From: Oscillospiraceae bacterium
Lineage (GTDB): Bacteria > Bacteroidota > Bacteroidia > Bacteroidales > Bacteroidaceae
Assembly: GCA_963654095.1 (NCBI GenBank)
Contig: CAVKAH010000002.1
Span: 1 to 51,308 of the forward strand
DNA length: 51,308 nt
Direction: 5' to 3'
The notes beneath the pieces were generated by a model, which saw only the letters and a list, made by a program, of their open reading frames with translations, did no database searches and was not told the origin of the DNA. Numbering within the stretch: position 1 is the first letter of the stretch; each line of letters opens with the position of its first letter. This document shows positions 18,183 to 27,024 of this stretch, piece by piece. The translations under genes and the position numbers were made by a program.

Positions 18183-19688
18183 TTAGTTCATCTTCAGCAT
18201 TTCATCAATGTTCTTACGACTATTGCTTAGGCGTGGCACCTTATGTTGTCCGCCAAGTTTACCTTTCGATTTTAGCCAGTCGTTGAACAAGTTGGTGCGA
18301 GCCTTAACAATTTGCAGATGTTGTAGGGTGATATCCTTGTATCGCTTTGCCTCATAATCGCTGTTAATCTCTTGCAACTTCTTGTCGAGAAGTTCCTCAA
18401 ACTTGCTAAGGTCTGCTGGCTCTTTAGAGAACTCTATCAGCCATTGGTGTCTGCATTTGGCATTATCATCCATAAACACAGGAGCTGCCGTATATTCCAA
18501 TACTTCGGCTCCCGTCTGTTCGCAGGCATAAGCAAGTCCTTTCTCCGCATTGTCCACGATAAGTTCTTCGCCGAAGGCATTGATAAAATGCTTTGTCCTG
18601 CCAGTGATAACAAACTTATAAGGATTAGTAGACGTGAAACTAACTGTATCTCCTATGATATATCTCCATAGACCGCATGATGTAGAGATGACCATGGCAT
18701 AGTTTTTACCCTTTTCCACTGCCCATAGCGGAACGATAGTAGGGTTGTCGCTGTCAAATTCGTCCATCGGGATAAACTCGTAGAATACTCCGTAGTCTAT
18801 CATAAGTAGCATCGATTTGTCTGTCGGGTCGTCTTGTATGCCGAAGAAACCCTCACTTGCATTATATGTTTCCATATAGTGCATATTGGGTGATGTTATA
18901 AGTTGCTCGTATTGTTTGCGGTAAGGAGTGAACGCTACACCTCCATGAAAGAACACTTCTAGGTTAGGCCACACCTCCTCAAGGTGGTTCTTGCCAGATA
19001 GTTCCATAACCCTTGTAAGTACCGAAAGCATCCACGACGGCACGCCACTGATATTCGTTACGTTCTTGTTCATCGTTTCTCTTGCTATGCGGTCGCGTTT
19101 AATCTCAAAGTCGGAAAGTAATGCGGTAGCCTTCTTCGGTACTCTCACGAGGTTTGCAAGAGGATTTATGTTTTCTATAAGAATTGCGCTGAGGTCTCCT
19201 ACGAGTGAGTCTGCCACGTCATAATTAGGCGCATGACTACCACCAAGAATAAGACTTCTTCCATCGAATAGTCTACTTTTAGGGTTGTTCCGCAGGTAAA
19301 GAGCAACAACATCCTTACCACCTGCATAATGCACATGTTGTAGTCCGTCGCGGCTTACGGGTATAAATTTGCTCTTGTCGTTAGTTGTTCCAGACGACTT
19401 AGCATACCATTTAACGCTACCTTTCCATAACACATTACGCTCTCCGTGCCTCATTCTGTCGATGTCACCTTTAAGTTCTTCGTAGGTGTTTACGGGAGTA
19501 TTGCCTGTAAAATCCTCATATGAGTTCACGGCACAGAAGGCATGTTTGCGTCCGTATTCTGTATCTTTGGCTGTTGTTGTGAGGTATTTGAGAGTCTGCA
19601 TCTGCAGCTCCTCAGCCTCGTTGTTATATCTTTCTATCTCTTTCTGTCTGGATACGAAAGCGTTTCTTACTATTTGGGTTAAGCTCAT
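18183..19688 (-). CDS. GH3-family acyl-acid amido synthetase-like protein
   Basis: 501 aa with adenylate-forming motifs SSGTTNDKSK, YNASEG and RYIIGD, and a C-terminal GGQHKVPRL. Confidence 0.9.
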   Translation of the reverse strand: MSLTQIVRNAFVSRQKEIERYNNEAEELQMQTLKYLTTTAKDTEYGRKHAFCAVNSYEDFTGNTPVNTYEELKGDIDRMRHGERNVLWKGSVKWYAKSSGTTNDKSKFIPVSRDGLQHVHYAGGKDVVALYLRNNPKSRLFDGRSLILGGSHAPNYDVADSLVGDLSAILIENINPLANLVRVPKKATALLSDFEIKRDRIARETMNKNVTNISGVPSWMLSVLTRVMELSGKNHLEEVWPNLEVFFHGGVAFTPYRKQYEQLITSPNMHYMETYNASEGFFGIQDDPTDKSMLLMIDYGVFYEFIPMDEFDSDNPTIVPLWAVEKGKNYAMVISTSCGLWRYIIGDTVSFTSTNPYKFVITGRTKHFINAFGEELIVDNAEKGLAYACEQTGAEVLEYTAAPVFMDDNAKCRHQWLIEFSKEPADLSKFEELLDKKLQEINSDYEAKRYKDITLQHLQIVKARTNLFNDWLKSKGKLGGQHKVPRLSNSRKNIDEMLKMN

Positions 19689-19769
19689 TTCTGTCTTTTT
19701 GTGATTATTGATCTAATCTCTTGTTGCTTTTAACGTGAATAATTCAAGGAAATACATGTTTATTTTAAA

Positions 19770-19807
19770 CACGAATGGTCATGAATTGACCACGAATTAT
19801 TATGAAT
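19770..19807. repeat. Four phased YAYGAAT heptamers (10-11 bp period) overlapping the ispG stop
   Basis: CACGAAT at 19770, CATGAAT at 19780, CACGAAT at 19791 and TATGAAT at 19801. Confidence 0.6.
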
Positions 19808-21695
19808 TATCTTGGTTAATAAGTTTCAAGAGCTTTTCTACAGCCTCCTCTTCTGGTATGTTCTTCTCTACACACTCTTTGCGACGATATAGCGAAATCT
19901 TGCCTCTTCCTGCTCCCACATATCCGTAGTCGGCATCCGCCATCTCTCCAGGTCCGTTCACGATACATCCCATGATACCGATTTTCAGTCCTTTCATGCC
20001 CTTTGTAGCCTCTTTTATACGTGCAATGGTGGTGCGCAAGTCATAGAGTGTTCTTCCGCATCCTGGGCAACTGATGTATTCCGTCTTGGTAGTTCTCAGT
20101 CTTGCAGCCTGCAGAATTCCGAATGCTGTGGCATCGATATCGTCGTCAGAGAGCGTACCATTGTTCATCAGCCATATACCATCAGTAAATCCATCAAACA
20201 TCAAAGCACCCATGTCTGCTGCAGCTTCCAGTTGGAAAAGTCCTTTCTCCTCCTTGTTGTGGTTATACATCTGGCAGAACACCACAGGGTTTTCGATACC
20301 CTCATTCATAAACTCGTGCAATAGCGCACGCTGTTCTCCCAGCTTGTTCTGATGATTGCTCATGCTAACCACTACCACTTCGGGGTGAGCTTTCAAGCAG
20401 GGGATATACTCCTCGCTCGGTGCACCGTATGGCAAAACGAGGAACTTTATGTCTGCTTTCACACCAGTTATGAAAGGCACGGCATTGTATGGGAATATCG
20501 GAAAGATATTCTTCTTATCTCCTTCCAAGGTAGTGTATTTGTCAAAGTCGATAATGTATTTCTGGTTAGGAGATACATTGTCGGGCATCTTTGCTCCAAC
20601 ATAAATGTAGTCAGGCTGCATATCGGGGTTAACAGGCGTAATGATATGTGCGCCATTATCGGCAGAATCCTCATTATTGTTAATCCTACTACTTATTACT
20701 ACAGGTAGGTTGTTACCACCAATGTTTCCAACTTCCGTTGTCTTTCTCCGTTCTGGTGAAAGCCAATTAAAGCCTTTAAAGGAGTTGCCGGGTATAGGTA
20801 GATGTCCGTTGCGCTTAGATATATATTCAACGAGGTGCTTTGCCACAGGTATTTCCTCCTCAGGTTCCTCGCTCAATGATACACGGATAGTATCGCCAAT
20901 GCCATCGCAGAGCAATGCTCCGATACCTACTGCGCTCTTTATTCTGCCGTCTTCGCCTTCTCCCGCTTCGGTTACTCCGAGGTGCAAAGGATAGTCCATC
21001 TGCTCCTTGCTCATACTCTCTACGAGGAGTCTGACTGATTGTACCATCACCACGGTGTTACTTGCTTTGATAGAGATTACTACATTTTCAAAGTTCTCTC
21101 TCTTGCAGATACGTAGAAACTCCATACAGCTCTCCACTATTCCTGCTGGTGTGTCGCCATAGCGAGACATGATTCTGTCGGACAGCGACCCGTGGTTTAC
21201 ACCTATTCTTACGGCAGTATGGTTCTCTTTACATATATTTAGGAAAGGAACAAACTGCTTTTCTATCTTCTTCAGCTCCTCGGCATATTCCTCGTCGGTA
21301 TATTCAAGTTTCTTGAAAGTGCGCGCTGGGTCAACATAGTTTCCTGGGTTAATCCTTACCTTCTCTGCATAGAGCGCAGCCACATCAGCCACATGCGGAT
21401 TGAAATGTACGTCAGCCACGAGTGGCGTCATATATCCTTCTTCACGCAAAAGTGCATTGATGTTCTTCAGGTTCTCTGCCTCTCGCACCCCCTGTGTGGT
21501 GAGTCTCACATATTCACCACCAGCATTAATTATGCGTTCGGCTTGCTGCACACAGGCTTCTGTGTCAGTAGTCGGTGTGGTAGTCATAGATTGAACCCTT
21601 ATCGGATTGTCGCCTCCCAACGGCGTGCCTCCTACTTGTACCTCGTGAGTATGGCGGCGCGAATAGTTGAAAAAGGCAGAAAAACCATTTTCCAT
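19800..21695 (-). CDS. ispG: (E)-4-hydroxy-3-methylbut-2-enyl-diphosphate synthase, long three-domain form
   Basis: RVQSMT, VADVHF, RINPGN, RIGVNHGSL, HLGVTEAG and GDTIRVSL motifs, plus Fe-S ligands in SCPGCGRT and MGCIVNGPGE. Confidence 0.97.
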   Translation of the reverse strand: MENGFSAFFNYSRRHTHEVQVGGTPLGGDNPIRVQSMTTTPTTDTEACVQQAERIINAGGEYVRLTTQGVREAENLKNINALLREEGYMTPLVADVHFNPHVADVAALYAEKVRINPGNYVDPARTFKKLEYTDEEYAEELKKIEKQFVPFLNICKENHTAVRIGVNHGSLSDRIMSRYGDTPAGIVESCMEFLRICKRENFENVVISIKASNTVVMVQSVRLLVESMSKEQMDYPLHLGVTEAGEGEDGRIKSAVGIGALLCDGIGDTIRVSLSEEPEEEIPVAKHLVEYISKRNGHLPIPGNSFKGFNWLSPERRKTTEVGNIGGNNLPVVISSRINNNEDSADNGAHIITPVNPDMQPDYIYVGAKMPDNVSPNQKYIIDFDKYTTLEGDKKNIFPIFPYNAVPFITGVKADIKFLVLPYGAPSEEYIPCLKAHPEVVVVSMSNHQNKLGEQRALLHEFMNEGIENPVVFCQMYNHNKEEKGLFQLEAAADMGALMFDGFTDGIWLMNNGTLSDDDIDATAFGILQAARLRTTKTEYISCPGCGRTLYDLRTTIARIKEATKGMKGLKIGIMGCIVNGPGEMADADYGYVGAGRGKISLYRRKECVEKNIPEEEAVEKLLKLINQDNS

Positions 21696-21706
21696 AGTCT
21701 GTCCTC

Positions 21707-22216
21707 TTAGTTTGTCTTGAAATTATATTTAACCTCAGCCAAGTCTTTGTTAGCCTTTTCTATCTTTGCTCCAAGTCCTGCCTTATAGTTCTTCATCTTT
21801 TCAGCGAGTTTCTCGTCAGCGAGAGCCATAATTTCCACAGCAAGAATAGCGGCATTCATAGCTCCGTTGATACCTACTGTAGCTACTGGGATACCCGGTG
21901 GCATCTGTATAATGCTAAGCATAGCATCCATTCCGTCGAGTGCGCTTCCTTTGATAGGTACACCAATCACAGGCAGAGTGGTAGATGCAGCTATCACTCC
22001 AGGTAGGGCGGCAGCCATTCCAGCTCCAGCAATGATAACCTTAAGTCCTCTGCCTGCTGCTTCTTTGGCAAAGTTCTCCACTGCGTCAGGTGTACGATGG
22101 GCTGACAGAGCATTAACCTCGAATGGAACTTCCATATCATCAAGGAACTTCATTGCTTTCTCCATTACGGGCAGATCGCTTGTGCTGCCCATTATGATGC
22201 TTACTAATGGTTTCAT
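21707..22216 (-). CDS. purE: N5-carboxyaminoimidazole ribonucleotide mutase
   Basis: IMGSTSD, SAHRTP, AGAGMAAALPG, PVIGVP and QMPPGIPVATV. Confidence 0.97.
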   Translation of the reverse strand: MKPLVSIIMGSTSDLPVMEKAMKFLDDMEVPFEVNALSAHRTPDAVENFAKEAAGRGLKVIIAGAGMAAALPGVIAASTTLPVIGVPIKGSALDGMDAMLSIIQMPPGIPVATVGINGAMNAAILAVEIMALADEKLAEKMKNYKAGLGAKIEKANKDLAEVKYNFKTN

Positions 22217-22302
22217 TTTTTTATATTTTTGTTTGTTGTTTCTTTTATTCTTATTGATAGGAGAGATAGGCGTAATCGTTGCGCATATTGCTTTTGTATG
22301 GT

Positions 22303-22920
22303 CTATACCACAATTACTGTTATGGCTCCCGTTACTACTCCCACGATAAATCCTATATTAATCTGTCTCAAAGTGTGCTGTCTGAGTATCATTCGGGCAC
22401 TACCTACGAGTCCTGACATCATAAACAATGCGCATAGCCACCATACGGGATTGAACATGAATATCGATGCAAACGACACCAGTGCGCCTGCCATTGCTCC
22501 TATTGCAGCCATGTGCATGGATATCTTCCACCACATGTTTATTATGGCGCAGACCACTTGTGTGGCGAGGGCAGCTACCACTATGCTTCCCATAAGGTGT
22601 GGCATGTGTAGTAGCATCATTAGGTAGTAGCATAGAAAATAGCATAGTATTGACACTACGTAGGGTATAATTCTTCTCTCCCTTGTTCCGAGTTCAAAGG
22701 GTGCCCATCCATGATAGTTGTGGTAGATACGGATAAGCGTAGTGGGCAGAAGGATAGTGAAGATGTATACCATCAGTAACACGAACACCTTGTATGTGAA
22801 CGGCAGAAGACTCAGGTAACTGAAGATAAACAGTGCCGTAAGTCCGATAATAGGCAGATAAAAAGGTGATGAGAGCATGCTCACTGCCTTTGCCAGCATC
22901 ATAAAGTTTCTGATTTTCAT
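22303..22920 (-). CDS. Integral membrane protein with a PAP2-like C-terminus
   Basis: 205 aa with 6-7 TM segments, WKISMH and SARMILRQHT...G motifs. It has an ATGA overlap with the rpoN stop. Confidence 0.7.
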   Translation of the reverse strand: MKIRNFMMLAKAVSMLSSPFYLPIIGLTALFIFSYLSLLPFTYKVFVLLMVYIFTILLPTTLIRIYHNYHGWAPFELGTRERRIIPYVVSILCYFLCYYLMMLLHMPHLMGSIVVAALATQVVCAIINMWWKISMHMAAIGAMAGALVSFASIFMFNPVWWLCALFMMSGLVGSARMILRQHTLRQINIGFIVGVVTGAITVIVV

Positions 22921-24476
22921 TTCTTTCTTAGTCGTGCCACGGGTATTCCCAGTTGTTCTCTGTATTTTGCTATAGTACGCCTTGCCACGGGATAACCCTT
23001 TTGTTGCAACACCTTTGTCAGGGCATCGTCGCTCAGTGGCTTACTCTTGTCCTCGTTTTCTATTATATCTTTCAAGGCGAGTTTCACCTTTCTAGTAGAC
23101 ATTTCCTCACCATCTTCAGTCTTTATGCTATCACTAAAGAAGTGTCGCAGCTTGAATGTTCCCCATCTTGTCTGTGCATATTTCATGTTGCTAACACGTG
23201 ATATCGTGGACTTATCAAGCCCCGTTCTGTCTTCCACGTCCTTTAGTATCATTGGCTTAATGTCGCTTTCGTCGCCGTCTTGAAAGAACTTCTTTTGTAT
23301 GTCTATTATGGCTTTCATTGTTACATGCAGCGTGTGCTGTCTTTGCTTGATAGCATCAATGAAGCCTTGCGCACGGTCTACCTTCTCTTTAGCATATAGC
23401 AGAGCTTCCTTATCGCGCCTTGACATAGAACTTTTGTTCTCTTTGTAGCCTTTTATAAGTTCGCTGAAAGATGGCGAAACGTTAAGGGTTGGTATGTGTC
23501 CGTTATTGATATAGAAGGTTACGGTGCCGTCGTCGGCGGTGTCAACAATAAAGTCGGGCGTTATCTGTTGTATGTTTCTCCCCTCCGTTTCTCCGAGGGA
23601 TGCTCCTGGTTTGGGGTTTAGTCTTAGCAGTTCCGAACGTACGGTATCTGCCGTTGAGGCAGACATGGCTGTCTGTTTTACTATCTTTTCCCAGTGCTTA
23701 TTCATAAACTCGTCGAAGTGTTTGTCTATCACTTCGTGCATGAGTTCACGGGTCTTCGATGGAGCTTTCCTGTCAATTTGCAACAGCAAACACTCTTTTA
23801 AGTTGGTGGCACCAATACCTGCAGGATCGAAACTCTGTAATATCTTTATCAACCGACATATGTCTTCTTCCGTGCAGTCTATATTGTGGTATATGGCAAG
23901 TTCATCACAAATGCTATCGGCAGTCTTACGCAAGAGCCCATCATCATCGAGCGAGCCAATGAGGTATTCCATTATTTGCTGTTCCTTTTCAGTGAGGTCT
24001 ACGTCCATCATCTGCTCTTTCAGCTTGTCGTAGAATGAGGCTTGCTCTCCATAAACCATCTCCTCGTAGTCGGCAGTGTCGGTGTTCTCGTATGCCGAAT
24101 ATGTATTTGCTTCAGGCATTTGGTCGTCCATCCCAATGTTCGACAGTGCATCATCGAGGGCAGATTCCCGCTCTTCCTTCTCCGTTTCTACGTTATATGC
24201 TTCCTCTTGGCTTGCTGCATCGTCGGCAGAGTTGTTATCGTCATTGTCTTCCGTGCTATCATGAACACTTGCTTGTTCATGCTGCGACTCGTCAAAAAGA
24301 GCATCCTCAGGGGCAGAACTTTCTATTGCTGGATTGTCGTCAATCTCTGCTTGAATGCTCTGTTCCAGTTCTGTAATAGGCATTTCCAGCATTCTCACGG
24401 CAAGCATCTGCTGCTGTGTGAGTCGCTGAACCTGTACAGTCTTTTGTTCTTGACCTTGAATTAGCTTCTGTGACAT
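22917..24476 (-). CDS. rpoN: RNA polymerase sigma-54 factor
   Basis: Gln-rich region I, acidic region II, DPAGIGA.NLKECL, LNPKPG, HTH KSTISRV and the RpoN box ARRTIAKYRE. Confidence 0.97.
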   Translation of the reverse strand: MSQKLIQGQEQKTVQVQRLTQQQMLAVRMLEMPITELEQSIQAEIDDNPAIESSAPEDALFDESQHEQASVHDSTEDNDDNNSADDAASQEEAYNVETEKEERESALDDALSNIGMDDQMPEANTYSAYENTDTADYEEMVYGEQASFYDKLKEQMMDVDLTEKEQQIMEYLIGSLDDDGLLRKTADSICDELAIYHNIDCTEEDICRLIKILQSFDPAGIGATNLKECLLLQIDRKAPSKTRELMHEVIDKHFDEFMNKHWEKIVKQTAMSASTADTVRSELLRLNPKPGASLGETEGRNIQQITPDFIVDTADDGTVTFYINNGHIPTLNVSPSFSELIKGYKENKSSMSRRDKEALLYAKEKVDRAQGFIDAIKQRQHTLHVTMKAIIDIQKKFFQDGDESDIKPMILKDVEDRTGLDKSTISRVSNMKYAQTRWGTFKLRHFFSDSIKTEDGEEMSTRKVKLALKDIIENEDKSKPLSDDALTKVLQQKGYPVARRTIAKYREQLGIPVARLRKK

Positions 24477-24483
24477 AACGATG

Positions 24484-24491
24484 CAAAATTA
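24484..24491 (-). promoter_or_regulatory. Bacteroidota -7 element immediately upstream of rpoN
   Basis: Minus-strand TAATTTTG ends 7 bp before the rpoN ATG at 24476. Confidence 0.55.
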
Positions 24492-24575
24492 TAAAAATTC
24501 TTTGTTATATGGATTAAGCTACACATATTTTATATGTGTCGATATCATATTTCGGTTTTGTACACGTTGTTTACG

Positions 24576-25208
24576 CTATTTTTTATATATCAGAGTGAGT
24601 CCGTCGCGTAGTGGCAGCATCACTCTCTCTACCCTTTCGTCGTGTGCCACAAAGTCGTTAAACTCCTCTATGCCGTGCGTCTGCTTGTCTTTGTCGTAGG
24701 CATGGTCTACCACATGACCGTCCCACAACGTGTTGTCGGCAAGGATGAAACCGCCAGGGCGCAGTATGGAGAGCACCATCTCGTATGATTCCATGTATGT
24801 ACGCTTGTCGCCATCGATAAACGCCATATCGAATAGTATGCCGAGTTTGGGGGCTTCCTTTACGGCATCACCGATGATAAACTCGATTTTGTCGGCAACG
24901 GGCGATTGTTCTATCCATGGACGGGTGAAGTCTTCCTGCTCGTCGTTAATCTCAAAGGTATACACCTTGCCACCTTTTTCAAGACCTTCGGCAAGGCAGA
25001 TGGCACTGTAACCACTGAAAGTGCCTATCTCAAGGATGTTCTTTGGTCGTACCATCCTTACGAGCATCTTTAACACTCTTCCCTGCAAATGCCCACTTGC
25101 CATCCTGCCATGTAGCAGGTGGATGTTGGTGGCACGGTACAGGCGGTAGAGATAGTCGCCCTCTGGGTCGCTGTGCGACAGTATATACTTGTCTAACAAG
25201 TCGTTCAT
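24576..25208 (-). CDS. SAM-dependent O-methyltransferase (CCoAOMT/COMT-like); candidate TrmR
   Basis: LEIGTFSGYS, FIDGDK and GGFILADN.LW.G motifs, with a C-terminal LPLRDGL. Start moved to the ATG at 25208 (MNDLL). Confidence 0.88.
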   Translation of the reverse strand: MNDLLDKYILSHSDPEGDYLYRLYRATNIHLLHGRMASGHLQGRVLKMLVRMVRPKNILEIGTFSGYSAICLAEGLEKGGKVYTFEINDEQEDFTRPWIEQSPVADKIEFIIGDAVKEAPKLGILFDMAFIDGDKRTYMESYEMVLSILRPGGFILADNTLWDGHVVDHAYDKDKQTHGIEEFNDFVAHDERVERVMLPLRDGLTLIYKK

Positions 25209-25215
25209 AATAATC

Positions 25216-25641
25216 TTAGATGTCCGTGTTGATGATAGCTTCAACAGCCAGTTTGTAGGAGTTAAGCCCGAACCCGCAGATTACTCCCTTGCAGGCTGAC
25301 GATATGAAAGAATGGTGGCGAAACTCCTCCCTCTGGTGTATGTTGGATATGTGAACCTCAACTACGGGGGTGCTGATGGCACGGATACAATCGTACAGAG
25401 CCACACTTGTATGGGTGTAAGCTCCAGCGTTAAGCACTATGCCGTCGAAGCTGAACCCCACTTCTTGTATCTTGTTTATCAGCTCACCCTCCACGTTGCT
25501 CTGGTAATACTCTATCTCTACGTCGGGAAACTCTGCCTTTAGCTTGGGCAGATAACTCTCGAAAGAGTTTCTACCATAGATGTTTGGCTCGCGCACTCCA
25601 AGGAGATTCAGATTAGGACCATTTATTATTTGTATCTTCAT
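25216..25641 (-). CDS. aroQ: Type II 3-dehydroquinate dehydratase
   Basis: INGPNLNLLG.REP.IYG, QSNVEG, NAGAYTHTS and EVHISNI..REEFRH.S. Start moved to the ATG at 25641 (MKIQ). Confidence 0.96.
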   Translation of the reverse strand: MKIQIINGPNLNLLGVREPNIYGRNSFESYLPKLKAEFPDVEIEYYQSNVEGELINKIQEVGFSFDGIVLNAGAYTHTSVALYDCIRAISTPVVEVHISNIHQREEFRHHSFISSACKGVICGFGLNSYKLAVEAIINTDI

Positions 25642-25666
25642 CTTTGCTCTTTTATACTGTTTTTTA

Positions 25667-25674
25667 TAACTTTG
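25667..25674 (+). promoter_or_regulatory. -7 element for xerD
   Basis: TAACTTTG matches TAnnTTTG. Confidence 0.6.
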
Positions 25675-25715
25675 CCGTCGCCAACGATAATGGCTCGGGA
25701 GCGACAATTATATGG

Positions 25716-25723
25716 CAAAAGTA
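25716..25723 (-). promoter_or_regulatory. -7 element for aroQ
   Basis: Plus-strand CAAAAGTA reads TACTTTTG on the minus strand. Confidence 0.6.
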
Positions 25724-25754
25724 CAAAAATATAGGTAAACTGCCAACGAATGAT

Positions 25755-26699
25755 ATGCAAACTGACAAGAATAACATAAATTACGGCAATGCGGAGATTA
25801 TAAGTAAGTTCCGCCGATATATGAAGTTGGAGAGAAACTACTCGGAGAATACCCTCGACGCATATATGAACGACTTGCAGAAACTGCTTGATTATATCAG
25901 CTCAGAAGGGTTGCAAATCCTCGAAGTAAAGCTAGATGACTTGCGCAACTTCGTAGCTGCACTTGTCGATATAGGTATAAGTGCGCGGTCGCAGAGTAGA
26001 ATATTGAGCGGCGTAAGAACGTTCTACAAGTTTCTAATCCTTGACGGATATCTCGACGATGACCCTACTGAGCTGCTCGAATGGCCAAAGATAGGGGAGC
26101 ATCTGCCTGAGGTTCTCTCCGTGAAAGAGGTAGACAAATTGGAGCAAGCCTCCGACTTGAGCAAGTGGGAAGGACAGAGAAACCGCACGATAATAGAGGT
26201 GCTTTTCAGTTGCGGACTGCGTGTTAGCGAATTGATAAATCTGCGTCTCTCCGACCTATTCCTTACCGAGAGGTTTATCCGAGTTATGGGAAAGGGTAAG
26301 AAAGAACGCCTCGTGCCGATATCGGGCAGTGCGGTAAAGGAACTCGAATACTGGTTTATGGATCGCAATCTGATGAAGATAAAGCCTGGCGAAGAGGACT
26401 TTGTGTTTCTAAATAGACGTGGAGCGCATCTCACGAGGATGATGATTTTCACCATTGTGCGCCGTCTTGCCGAGGCTGCGGGAATAGAGAAAACGATTAG
26501 TCCGCATACCCTTCGCCACTCTTTTGCCACGGCATTGCTTGAGGGCGGAGCTAACCTCCGTGCAATACAAGATATGCTTGGGCACGAGCGTATCAGCACA
26601 ACACAGATATATACTCATATAGATATGCACACGCTAAGAGAGGAGATACTTGAGCATCACCCACGTAATATATTATACAAAGCGGAGATGAAACAATAA
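25755..26699 (+). CDS. xerD: Chromosomal tyrosine recombinase, XerD-type
   Basis: YSENTLDAY..DL, LPEVLS and a complete catalytic set (GLRVSEL, GKGKKER, HTLRHSFAT, LGH, TTQIY). It has no arm-binding domain and has housekeeping neighbours. Start moved to 25755. Confidence 0.85.
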   Translation: MQTDKNNINYGNAEIISKFRRYMKLERNYSENTLDAYMNDLQKLLDYISSEGLQILEVKLDDLRNFVAALVDIGISARSQSRILSGVRTFYKFLILDGYLDDDPTELLEWPKIGEHLPEVLSVKEVDKLEQASDLSKWEGQRNRTIIEVLFSCGLRVSELINLRLSDLFLTERFIRVMGKGKKERLVPISGSAVKELEYWFMDRNLMKIKPGEEDFVFLNRRGAHLTRMMIFTIVRRLAEAAGIEKTISPHTLRHSFATALLEGGANLRAIQDMLGHERISTTQIYTHIDMHTLREEILEHHPRNILYKAEMKQ

Positions 26700-26969
26700 T
26701 ATTTGACCTATACGCCTAATATTTCATATAAATTCAGTGTGTAAGTTGCTTGATAAAGTATCAAAAATATCGTGATATTTATCGATATCTATAGGAATAA
26801 AATCAAAACACAGGTTTTATTTAAGTAAATACAATCTTTGCGTAATAAAATAAAACTTATATTTATGTAAATAAGGATTATATTTCAGCTTTACAATATG
26901 GGTTGATGAACTTTATGATATAGGTAAATGATGTTTACCATATCTATTTAAGAACTTTATAGTATAAAT

Positions 26970-27014
26970 AAAACGGATAGCAAGAAGGATTTTCATATCC
27001 TTGCTATCCGTTTT
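26970..27014. terminator. Bidirectional terminator between xerD and the trmH-family gene
   Basis: Perfect 15-bp stem AAAACGGATAGCAAG (26970-26984) / CTTGCTATCCGTTTT (27000-27014). Confidence 0.85.
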
Positions 27015-27024
27015 AGTGTTAGAA

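Noticed and set aside
22217..22302. Purine or ZTP riboswitch upstream of purE
   Set aside because: The spacer is short and A-rich on the coding strand, with only a small hairpin and no aptamer consensus.
24060..24330. Acidic low-complexity stretch in RpoN as an insertion or intein
   Set aside because: It corresponds to the normally variable acidic region II and has no intein motifs.
25755..26699. Tyrosine recombinase as a phage or ICE integrase
   Set aside because: It has XerD size and motifs, no arm-binding extension and housekeeping neighbours. I see no att repeats or mobile cargo.
26700..26969. dif site or sRNA in the AT-rich gap after xerD
   Set aside because: TTATGTAAAT near 26865 resembles a XerD arm, but no CATAA XerC arm lies 6 bp upstream. 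No convincing promoter, ORF or structure is present.
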